Shown: piece after piece, positions 52,663-64,000 of the stretch
How the letters are laid out: every line of letters starts with the position of its first letter
Position numbering within the stretch: the stretch's first letter is position 1
NCBI GenBank assembly: GCA_951406725.2
Contig: OX597816.1
Span: 51,398,001-51,462,000, forward strand
DNA: 64,000 bases
Direction: 5' to 3'
Source: Octopus vulgaris
Lineage: Eukaryota
Translations under genes and position numbers: made by a program
Notes under the pieces: model-generated
Seen by the model: the letters and a program-made list of their open reading frames with translations, nothing else
Told to the model about the DNA's origin: nothing
Database searches by the model: none

Positions 52663-55600
52663 TGTATGTATGTACTATATTTTAGAGGTTTTAATTACAT
52701 TTGCACACATATACCTCTTACAAATAGCATTTCATTCATTTTTATTACTGTAATCCTCTATCATGTATACCTAACAGCTGCATTTTACCATTATATTATC
52801 AATCATTCCGTTAACCTTAGTTCATTTCTCCAATCCATATGACGAATTTTAGGTCTGATGATTTTAAAGTAGTCGCTAATTTCTTGTCGTCATTCAAGTC
52901 ACATCCAAATGATAATTAATGCATGTTGGAGTACTAAGGTGTTTGTGCAGGGAATGTTAGTTATGGGAATTGCTAATTCCACCGAAATGTGACGCGTATT
53001 TAAATATCATCTGAAATATATTATAGGACCATTTGTTAAGATAATAATCAACTTTCTTTATCATATTCTCACTTAAAATTTCGCAAGTATTTTCATATAT
53101 CAATAAAATAAAATTTATTTAATGAAATGGTTTAGGAAGAAATACTGGAATACTTAACTAATATACTAAAATGTGGTGGGAAATGTGTTTACACTTGTTC
53201 TCTTATAATTTTTATGTGACATCATATAGTTTAAAACAATCTAATTCGATGTTGTAGTGACATCTTTTGTATCCATGAAATTAGTATCCACGAAATTGTA
53301 AATACAACTAATGCGATCTGTTTAACAAATGGATGTCTGTGGTTCGCAATACATGAACCTCTGAACAATTTTTACATGCTTTAGTTCAATATCCCTTACT
53401 ACTAAAATAGTCACCAGTTGTTTTGATGATAGATGCTTACAAAACGTAGCGGGAATGGCACATAGCTTTATAACTTATCCTCAAGTATAAGAGTGATTTG
53501 TTTTCATTAACTTTAAATTTTAATGCACATTATATTGTTCTTGCATCAAGAGAAATTCTAACACAAATTTTAGAGGATGGTATTATATCGTCAAGTAATA
53601 TACACAATGACGTGTCAATGTAATATATCATCAACACATATAATTATTTTTATGAACTTTGTAATATGCGTTTTGCAATTTCCATGAATAATATAAATTT
53701 TAATTTCTGTTTTTCTTTTGTATGAGTTATCTCGGCATTAAAAGCACATTTCTCTTACTTGACAGCGAAAGTGTTAAATTAAAATACATGAGCATTGCAA
53801 GTTACATGGAAATTGCTTTTATTCTTCTTTGTTTTTATATTTTACTCACCATAAAATATCACGTTCAAACAAAACGAAAATGGTCAAAATATCAATGAAA
53901 GTGGTGTATATGTTTTTGTTTTTACATTCTTCTCATACATGATATATGACTTTAATATACTTAAAAAAGTTACATTACCTAAGATAAGTCCAGATACAAT
54001 GAACACATTAATAGTTAGCAATGACAGCAATAAAACACTTTATTACATTCGTTCTTCTTGTTCACTGTGTGTCACACAATTATTTGCACAGTATATCCTC
54101 CGCGTAACGTGACAGTGAATTTTATTTCTGCTGCCTGAAGGAGGAAACTTCCAGGACCATAACCTGTGACCACTAGTCACACAATATAATACAACATTGT
54201 TACCTTCGGCTTGTTGGTTAGTTAACTTACAACTACACTGTGTCTAATCGATGAGAACAGTGACATAATAAAAAAACGTGTACGCATTAAAGGATGAATG
54301 AATTCAAGAGTGTTACCCGCCATCCACATTAAATGTATATCTGTTTGCACATTATAATCTTGACCTGTTTCGTATCTACGGAAGAATGAAGATAGCCTTC
54401 AACTTATATTACTGGATTTTAATTGTTTGGATGCATATGAACTACTGAAGGGAGATAATATACTGATGAGACAATTAGTGCATAGTAACCAGCTTCAGTT
54501 AAGAGTAAATAAGATTTTAAGTACTCGCAGCAACATAATGTGCGTAAATATGAAATGTTAATGACTCAGTGGCTAACGATAGGATCAAATATGGCTAAAA
54601 AAATTGGGTGATCTCTTTAGCTAGAGTTTCCAACTCTTGGGTAATAACTAAAAAGAAGACGGGTCTCTTTGGCAATTTTTAGCAACCCTTTTGCTGAAAA
54701 GAACACCCGAACTTTTAAAATTAAATGAAAACAGTGAATGAGTATATTGGTAATTTTTTCTTGCCCACTAGCTGTTTTGCGGCACTACAGCAGAAAATGG
54801 GTCTTCATTCTGTTTCTGCTCTGTAATATATTATGTGGCGGAATGAAATCAACAGGAGAGCGAGGGACCGTCATCTATGAAAGAACGGAATATAATAAGA
54901 AGTTAAGTGAAGAGTGTTGGACATTCGGAAGAGTCCACTAGGAATGTGATCTCAGTAAAACATCAGCTTATAAATCGAATTGAAAAACTGTGGCAAAATC
55001 TTAAAACACGAAGGGTTATCCAAATAATGTGCAAATGTGATTCAAACCAAGGCCAATGAAAATATTCAAAAGTGAACAGAACAGAGAGATGGATACAATT
55101 TCTATGACGCTATTAAATATTTTAATAATTGATATCAGCGGATGCTCTAGGCTAGTTGGTTTGGAAGACAGTTTAGGAAAATGAGCAAAAAATGACCAGA
55201 ATGTACACAGTCGCAAAGGTGTAGGCGAATAAAAATTACTAACCTTCTAAAAGCTAAAATATACTGGGATGGACAAAGGTAGACAAGAAGAAATTCATCA
55301 CGTACGAAGGAACATATCAGAGACAACTAACAGAAAAGTAAAAATAGAAGTTGACAAAATAGGAAAGTATCTCAGATCATCCTTTAACATCAAACCACGT
55401 GAGAAAAAAATGTGATGTAATAATTTAACTTTCCATTTTTCCATCTGTAATCTGTGCTATTTGTAAGAAAGTAAAGATTTTACCGTACGGCATGTGTTAC
55501 TGTAGCTGGTGATCAGCTAAGAGCAATCCCTCCAAAAGGATTCAGAGCGTGAGCATATATCGATTCGATTTGCCTTCAAAAAGAACCATGTTACATACAT

Positions 55601-56349
55601 TCAGCGTCATTGTATGTTTGTTTTACTTTTTAAAAGTTTTTGCTGATTGTATTATTCTACGACGTTTCTTAGTTTAAAAGAATCAACCGTTTTTATTACT
55701 CATCACACCGTGCCAAGTTCTATAATAAATAGAAGATTTTGAGACATGGACCTTACTCCAAATCGGCAGAGGCCTTGTCAGCGAAGACACTAAGAGATCA
55801 TTTCGAAGAATCAGCTTTCTTTCGCAGATATTACCTACCAGAAAACTTTCAGACGTCGTAGTAATTAAAGATGATATTAATGATGTTAACAACAGCATGA
55901 GCAATAACTGTAACATGCATAGGAATAAAAACAAAAGCAATAGAACAACACAAGCAACAGTAAGAACATTCAGATATTCCATTGCTTATTGTTGTTTCCA
56001 TTACCATAGCGTTATTAGAGGTCAAAGCAATAGGATAATAGTTAGCTGGGTGAGAGTATTACCTGTCCCTGGAAAGGAACACACCTAGGCATTAGAATAT
56101 ATAACCATCGAGATCCATAGATGTGTTTGGATACTCTTTCACTGAAAAGCCAGTTCAATCTAATAGTATTCTGCTTATGATGTTCATTATTATGAAATGT
56201 CTCTTAATTGACACTCTATTGCACGAAAATACAATGAATGTTCCATAAGATGATGTATTCTCAGATATATTGCTCCAGGAAATAAATACATAAGCATCGT
56301 TGCAACACAATTGTGTGAACCACAGTCGTAGCCCTGTTACAAGTAAATA

Positions 56350-56891
56350 TTGGCTTGTCCGGAAAGTTCGTGCCGATTTTTAAAAGAAAGTAAAAGGTCA
56401 ATAAATACTTGTCATTACATTTTTAATCAACCAAATATGAACCATTTTGTTACAAAATGCCTCTCCATCTTTCCTTTAACTTGAAAATACCCTCTTCCCA
56501 GAAGTGAGGTGGTTTCATGGCAAAGAATCCATCAAGTTATCTTTTTACGTCAACCAAGGAATTGAAATTTTTACCATTAAAACTATTCTGCAGAGACATG
56601 AATAAGTGGAAATCCGAAGGAGCAATATCTGATGAATATAGAAGGTGGGGTAACACATCCCAGCCGAGCTGCAGCAATTTTTTCTGCTTCCCAATGTATC
56701 AAGTGCCGAAAGGGAACTTTCTTATCTTCCATCTTAAAGGGTTACAGAATTAACAAAGGTTATAGGAACATAAATCTACTTCCACAAAAAGATAGCTTAA
56801 ACTGTCTTCTAAATGGAGGTGTAGTCAAATCGTATTTTATGGATTCAAGGTAACCTACTATAAATCGGCCCGAACTTTCCGGACCACCCAA
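56350..56891 (-). mobile_element. Internally deleted mariner element with both TIRs and TA target duplication
   Basis: TIRs TTGGCTTGTCCGGAAAGTTCGTGCCGATTT and AAATCGGCCCGAACTTTCCGGACCACCCAA, with TA on both sides. Minus strand encodes 'LLQLGWDVLPHLLYSSDIAPSDFHLFMSLQN..FWEEGIFKLKERW'. Confidence 0.92.
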
Positions 56892-58818
56892 TATTTCAGC
56901 AATAAAGAGCGATATTTTTCTTTCTGATTGTCAGTGGAGAATTCCTCATGAAATATTTACCGAAATTTGCACAAAATTTTACAAATATCTCACTATAATG
57001 CATGAGGAAGAATACTGAAACTACAAAATTGTCCAACGCCAGATGCATGCTCAACCAGAAACACAGCACCAGAGATATAAACTTTTGAGTTAAACATATA
57101 GATTTATTGAAATACTATTTCGATTTCTGTTTTCCATTAACTTTTTCTAACAAATATCGCGCTAAAGTTTTTGATATGCATGTAAGTGTAACATAGCCCA
57201 CTTAGACAAATGCTTTGAATTTCTTTTTCTTTTATATTTGAAGGATATTTTCGTCCGTTCTGAGTTCAAATTCAGCTGAGGTTGACTTTGCCTTTCATTC
57301 TTTCGGGGTCGATAAAATGAACACTGGGATCGATGCATTCGACTTACCACCTATCCGCGAAACTGCTGGCCTTGTGCTGAAATTTGAAATCGATATTAGA
57401 AGGTTATTGATTTTTGTTCTGTGCATACGGCATAGTCTATCTGATAGCGCCTTTGGAGCTGCCGATTTATCTCAAGCCAGTAATATCCATCTTTATCACT
57501 GCCAAGCTAAGGATTTCTGGAAATTCCTCGGCCTGGATATCCTCCAAAAGATAGAGGCTCCATCTTCATTAGGTCTACATTTACTCTGAGAACGTCATCG
57601 CTGCTCTAGACTATTATGAACACGACTGTAATCTTTGAGGAAGTGTATCCTTTTAGGGTTCACATTGTATGAACACGGGAAATATGAAAGACAATTCGTT
57701 CTCAGTGAGTTTACGAGGTCAGAATATTAAAATAAGTCCCTTTATAACGAAGAGGTATTTTTTCTGTAGGTTAAAGCAAATTATAACGTAAAGATGCAAA
57801 GCAACTACAAGTCCGGGATAATTTATTTTATAGTATCCAGTATCCAATTGTAAAAATGAATAATTGGTGGAATGTGAGGGATGTAAGTGGAATGGAATTT
57901 GTGCTAACAATAAACTTGATGGGGAAGAAGAACTTCATTTGCTGACCGGAATGAATATATTCTGAGATTGATTGTTTTAGAATACATAACGAAGCACTAT
58001 TAATAACTGTAGTTGTAACATGTACAATGTAACAATGATTAGCTGTCAGCAATTCCATGTATACTCAAATTAGATTGTGTAGGAGAATGACAGAGAATCA
58101 TAAGGAAAATGCAGGTATTGAATACAGATATTGAATAACGTCACGTAAATCCAGCACTACACGATGCATAGACTTAGTGATGGAAAATACCTTCGAAAAC
58201 AAAATAGCTACGGATTACAGATAAGTAATACGCTAAGGATAAAATCAGCGTGGAGTGAGTATCAATAATTAGCGTATTCGATACTTGACAAACTGCAAAG
58301 ATTTTGTGCATCGTGATTGCTTGTTTAGACACAATATCGATGGAAGTTGAAAGACAAATAATTAAGTTATAGGAAAGAAAATTATTGATATGCAGGATGA
58401 TTGTACTGCATGGGTGTTAAACAGAAAATACTGTTAAATGTATTGTACAAAATTAATTTGAAAAACTGTACAGCCATTAAATTGCATATTCTAATATTTT
58501 GACAAGGACTAAATTTAGTTTAAAATTAAAATAATAAGAATTATTATTATTTTTTTTACCATTTATTTCATTGAAAATTATAGTAAATATATAAATTATA
58601 GAAACTATGTGCATAGAAAATATATGTATCCAGATCATTGAAAGGTAAGTCCACCCGTTGGTATTTGGTCACATAATGTAGTTGTATCAAATTTCATGGC
58701 CTGATGCATAGAGAGAGATGATTTAATTTTCTGCTGCTCCAATCATCTCTTGGAAGGATTTTAGACTTAACCATATGCCAATGTTTTTTTTTTCTTTTTG
58801 TGACAGAGTATGACCAAT

Positions 58819-59080
58819 TGTGGAGGTGCGTGTCTTAGTGGTTAGGGTGTCAGCATCATGATCGTAAGATTGTAGTTTCGATTCCTGGACCGGGCGACGC
58901 GTTGTACTCTTGAGGAAAACAACTCATTTCGCGTTGCTCCAGTCCACCCACCTGGCAAAAATGAGTAACACTGCGACGAACTGACGTCCGATCTAGCTGG
59001 GGAACACATATGCCATGGAAACCGGGAAACCGGGCCCACGAGCCTGGCTAGGCTTCAAAAGGGCGCATTTATTTTATTTA
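58819..59080 (+). mobile_element. tRNA-derived SINE with V-domain-like segment
   Basis: TAGTGGTTAG A box, GTTTCGATTCC B box, CTGCGACGAACTGACGTCC (V-like); tail shared with the 17848 copy. Confidence 0.8.
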
Positions 59081-60052
59081 TTATGATCAATTACATGCAT
59101 TTAATATTTGACTTCTATTATTATTTTTTTTTTTTTATTGAACCCAGATTCGGGATATGAAAAGCTGACGCTAATGACATTTAAAACTCTCCGCGATGCT
59201 AAAAAGAATGATTGTATTTATTCTCTAGAATACATACATTGTTCTCTTATGTAGTTTCAATTTTCGTCACACTTATCACTTTGTCAAACTAAGCAGATGC
59301 TTCTAAACGTCATCATTATATATTCAGTAGTATAAAAATAGCTATTTAATATAAATACTTATATCAATATTGTTTACATTCGACTTTTCCTTGTACTATA
59401 TCTTTGGGTCCTCTGAATATTTACAGCCTAGATTAATATATACAATGGTTTGTTAATTAGAATTGTTCGGTAGATTTGTTGAGAAAGAACCGGAATTAGA
59501 AATAAGTGTAGGGAGAAATTTTCAATTTGTATAGAAAATAAGATAGGTATGAAATTGAAGTTCATCCATTATTTTTTCATACAAATTTTATTATACTCAA
59601 ATAATATCTGATTTGCTGTAGTGTAAATATGTATTGGAATACGAAATAGAATTTTAGCGTTCATAAAAAATTTCTTTTATTTTAAAATTTCCATGAAAAT
59701 TTTGTATTCAATTAAGAAAGAACGAATTCATAAAACCTAGCTAAAAACATAACTTTCGGGTTAAATTTCAAAACTTCTCTACCAATCAAATAATGCGATT
59801 CTTCATACGTATTCGATAATTGACAAACGCCTCACTTCAGCTTATTCAGGTTTTTTTTATTTATGTATATATATTTACTTATTTTTACATTTATTTATGT
59901 ATAATGTCTAGTAATTTTTGTGTCGTAATGTTTCACTATTATATATTTCTTTTGAACATATCAAATAATCAGTGAATACATCTATTTCAAATTTAACCTC
60001 TCTCTCAATACGTGTATGCGTGTGTCTGTGTACGCGTACGTGAGTGCGTGTG

Positions 60053-60086
<34 letters not shown>

Positions 60087-60254
60087 TAGATAAATTTTCA
60101 TATATATCCATGGATAGATAAACAAATAGATATATACATATAAACGTATATATGTACATACGTAACTATATATATATACATACTCAGATAAACACATATG
60201 CACACAACCATGGACACACACGCACAAACACACATACACACACATATCTAAACG

Positions 60255-61432
60255 AGTTTATATTATTGAACAAGTTCATGAAAGCTGAAAACATTTGTTC
60301 ATCTCGGCGGTTATTGTTGGTGTAAAGCTCGTCTCCCACCAATATTTGTGTCTTTATAAGAACAAATTTATGAAGAGATATCCTGTCAAACTAAAACCAG
60401 AGTATCAACGCGTCAGCAGTGTATAAACATTGTGATATGCAGAAACCTCTCTCGGTGGTCTATCTCTCATTCACTCTCTCCCACTCTTTCTCTCTGTCTC
60501 TCACTATATGTATCTATCTGTCTCGGCAATAACACCACGGTCTCACACCTTTTTGCTCTAACGCTCAACCACTACAACACCTGTCTGTGTTCGGATTGTT
60601 TTTGCACAGGGGCCATCTGGTCTCCCGCCTTCGCCATGAACAGGAATTAATCTTCTCTCGTCACTCTTTTCCGCCACATGGGGTCAACTTCCCCCCTCTC
60701 TTCATATGACTCCTCTCCTCACTTGCTCTGACACCTACTTCCTCTCTTCACGCCTGCCCAACTTCCCTCTTCATTGATACAAAAGTTACCCCCATCCCCA
60801 TTTGATAAATGCTTAGTAAATTAATTTGGTCTCCAAGGAACATAATAAACAATTTGATTTTGAATGGAATATTCTAACTATCTACTTTCTATATGATAAA
60901 TGTAAATCTTCTTCTCCGCCCTGTAACGAAGAACTCTATTTCATCCTGTTCTCTGAGAATTCTCTTGTAAACACGTTTATAGAACGCGCTTATCGTTGCA
61001 AACATTGGCAAAGTCATACCTTTAGTTCTTATAAATAATAACTACTAATGTATAAAATTCGACCTTTAACTGTCTTTTTACATTTCATTTCTACTAAATA
61101 TATCTATTTCTACGCCTTTAATCTCTATTAATCTTTATTCCCTTTCATCTGTCGCACTAAATTTCTCCACTCTTGATTTTCCGCTAATTTCTTTCTTTCT
61201 CATTCCTTCTCTTTCCCTAAATTGCATTGGACGTACAATCTATTAACGGTTCTTTTAAAATAACCTGCCAACGTTCCATTTATCGTACACGCAGTAATCA
61301 CATTCGGTTAAAATGGCTTAGTGATGTGTTTTGTTTCTCTTTTTTTCCCTGATGAGACGATGGAATACTTTTACCAATTATTTGTTCTTCGATTTGAATA
61401 ACAGAATAACATCAGCGTTTAACTACATTTCG

Positions 61433-61433
<1 letters not shown>
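60255..61433 (+). mobile_element. Possible old PLE 3' end and long 3' UTR ending in (TA)n
   Basis: 'YEEISCQ/VKLKPEYQ' resembles a GIY-YIG C-terminus; half hammerhead CTGATGAGAC near 61349. Confidence 0.35.
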
Positions 61434-61511
<78 letters not shown>

Positions 61512-61626
61512 AATAATACGTACATAATTATACTTACGTATGAATGGATATGTTTGAATGTGTGTGTGAGCGTATTTGTGTCCGAACATATCTATCGGTG
61601 CTCGTGTGCTTACATACATGTACATA

Positions 61627-62985
61627 CAGTGCCGGATCTACCATAAAGCTAATGAAGCTTAAGCTTCAGGGCCCCTAATTTGTTTTTTTTTGGGGGGGGG
61701 GGCTCTGAAGCAACTTAATTCTTCCATTCTGTCAAGTGTTTTATTTTCTATTCTGCCATGCAGATTCCTGCTACCAATCTTAGTGGACTCCTACACATAG
61801 TCTAGACATGCAGTGTTTAGCTACAAGTTGTTCATCTCATGTTTCTGCCGGTGTGGAGTCGCATAAAAAATAAAAGTACAAATGACTCACAGATAATTCG
61901 CTTTACTTGAATTCTTTTGGAAACTTCGGCTCTGCCCCTCATATTGTCAAATATGTCCACTACTATATCACCACAGTAGAGATAAGAATTCTTATTTTCA
62001 CACCATTATTTAATGACCAATGAAAGGGCTTACCTCCTCATTTTGGACTTTTAATTTGTTCAGAGCAAAGCATTTTTCTATTTTAAAAATTGTTTGAATA
62101 TCTCCTTGTATAAAATGAACAATTCTATATTTATGACTATATATTAAGTTGTGAACCCGTATTTCGCTGCCTTGCTTTGGCTAATAAAAATATTACCCTA
62201 ATTTTTCTTACACAGAGATCTAGGCTCCAAGAGCAATAGCAATGTCTTCAAGAAAGTACTTAAGCGGATACCAGAAACGCCAACCCAAGGAAAAGCAATG
62301 TAACGAAATTTCTAAATGTCAAATATTATCAAACTATTTTAAAATGTCAAGTAAACGTTTGTCATCAACTGAATCTGAAACAAACCATGCAAGCGCCCAG
62401 TGAAATCAATGAAAGTACACGAAACTTAAGTGTTCTGTATTGCAATAATCAACCTACTGTTGACACATTTGATGCAGATGATAATCACGTTTGTCAAGAG
62501 TTTCAAGAAAAGAAAGAGCAGAAAAAGAAAATAGGAAGCGAATTTAGTGATTTCAAAGAATATACTGACCTGGCAAACTGGCCCGTAACAATTGATAATG
62601 ATTTCATACAAATCTGTTTAAAGCAAGACATCAGTTTGTTTTTTTTCAAAATAAAAAATACAAATAATGTATATACTGACTCCAACAAAATTTACAAACA
62701 GTAAAATGGAAGGTTCTCAAACAAATACTTTGAAAAAAGATTGAAAAATCATCAGACTGTGAAGAGATCCTAGTTAGTTTACTCAAAGAGCCAACTCTTT
62801 TCTGAATGCCAAGTAACACTTACAACGGGTGGATGAATATACTCAGGACTCTAGGAAATCATGAAGACACCATGGAACATTACGGGGCTATGTCCAGCTA
62901 GCTAATACGAACATCAAATCAGCAATTTGAAGTACAGTTGAGAAAAGCATGCAGTACTATTTCGAAGTACTACACCGATGTCTAT
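61627..62985 (+). mobile_element. 5' half of a hAT (Tip100/ZMYM1-like) DNA transposon
   Basis: Terminus CAGTGCCGGATC; decayed ORF from 62242 'MSSRKYLSGYQKR..DLANWP..RFSNKYFEKRLKNHQTVKRS*LVYSKS', resembling a TTF-type zinc-finger region. Confidence 0.75.
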
Positions 62986-62989
62986 ATGC

Positions 62990-63695
62990 CAATTTCACTG
63001 TTTTCAACGATCAGGTAAAGGACCTGGGTATCTTGGCGGATTCCTCCTTTTCGCCTTCGGCCCAGTGCGTCCATGCTGCCAACAAAGCACGCGGAATTCT
63101 GTTCTTGATTTGACGGTCATTCGGAATGTTCACAGCAGCCATATTCCTACCTCTGTATGTCGCGCTGGTGAGACCCATATTGGAATACGGGATCCAAGCC
63201 TCTTCTCCTTATCTCCTCAAAGACATACAGCATCTCGAAAGAGTCCAGAAGCTGGCTACCCGCATGGTTCATGGTCTCAAAAATTTGTCCTATGAAGAAA
63301 GGCTCAGGACGCTCGACCTTTATTCTCTAGAAAAACGCCGCCGCGGTGGTGATCTCATTCTCGCCCACAGCATCATAAGCGGAAAGTGTAGCCTCTTGAA
63401 AGAGCTGTTCTTCACTCCTGCTCCAGAGCGTCGGCTGCGGGGTCATTCCGAAAAGCTCTACCTGCGACGATTTCATCTCAATCGAAGGAGAGGAGTTTTC
63501 TCCGTCCGGGTTGCGGATCCGTGGAACAAGCTGCCAGACGAGATGGTGAAGATGCCGACGACCGCTTTGTTCAAAGCCTCCCTTGACTTCAAGTGGCCTG
63601 AACTCTTTACATGAACACCACCCTGTACTTAACTCCATGTCCCCCTACATGGCCTTGCTATTTGCTTTTGAGCCAAATTAACTACCTAACTAACT

Positions 63696-63698
<3 letters not shown>
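62990..63698 (+). mobile_element. CR1-clade LINE 3' end
   Basis: 'VKDLGI..AANKARGIL..LYVALVRPILEY..LERVQKLATRMV..LSYEERL..RGH..WNKLP'; (CTAA)n tail. Confidence 0.93.
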
Positions 63699-63751
<53 letters not shown>

Positions 63752-63856
63752 TGTTCATATACGTATATATACATACATAGTACACGGTCACATGCACAGA
63801 TATATATATATATATATATATATTATGTATTTTTATATATGTGTGTATGTATATAT

Positions 63857-63916
<60 letters not shown>

Positions 63917-63918
<2 letters not shown>

Positions 63919-64000
63919 TAGCCACTACACACATTTTTTCTCTCCTTGTTTTTTCTGTGTCCCTTTCTGTAGAAGAGCGTTAGCTCGAAACGTAAAAGAC
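63917..64000 (+). mobile_element. PLE-type repeat (44480 family) with a minimal HHR at 63963-63998, cut by the window end
   Basis: CTTT-CTGTAGA-A-GAGC(gtta)GCTC-GAAA-CG-TA-AAAG. Confidence 0.7.

Larger units (their letters stand above)
45005..55907 (-). pseudogene. Dispersed decayed exon-like remnants of a repeated MAM-like domain
   Basis: Three similar units: 55700-55907 (YCS..FLVGNICERKLILRNDLLVSS../GPCLKIFYLL), 48355-48649 (YCSFYNLGID..GISNVGNTTVERNAFFNSPFLEFHGKACVDI../DNGWRSL) and 45005-45440 (YCFN*SVD..GIMTVGNIQSYNNRNDFFESCILRLLEAAYVD). All have stops or frameshifts. Confidence 0.45.

Noticed and set aside
58819-58895. tRNA genes at SINE heads (also 15880-15948 and 18085-18160)
   Set aside because: No complete cloverleaf; each continues into a SINE body and tail.
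61345-61430. CTGATGAGAC hammerhead start
   Set aside because: No matching stem II, GAAA or stem I downstream; at most a relic.

Overview
AT-rich, repeat-saturated eukaryotic DNA with no intact host gene. The SINE types, dense (TA)n/(TAA)n/(GATA)n microsatellites and LINE content suggest a cephalopod (Octopus-like) genome; this is inference. Almost all ORF-track entries are microsatellite or chance ORFs. Recognisable content: Penelope-like element (PLE) fragments (GIY-YIG, RT), many R4/Dong-type LINE fragments with restriction-like endonuclease (REL) inside (TAA)n arrays, RTE and CR1 LINE 3' ends, mariner and hAT remnants, tRNA-derived SINEs, a ~560-bp non-coding element tied to (TAA)n, and decayed MAM-like coding remnants at 45-56 kb. 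The main hidden signal is RNA structure. The window opens with a tandem array of ~360-bp units, each carrying a type I hammerhead ribozyme (HHR) fold with Schistosoma-like tertiary-contact architecture, i.e. a candidate non-LTR retrozyme. At least seven more HHR folds occur in short (TA)n-embedded PLE-type repeats, several with non-canonical cores (G3-C8 swap, A6U, U10.1-U11.1). All folds were read by eye; activity is untested.
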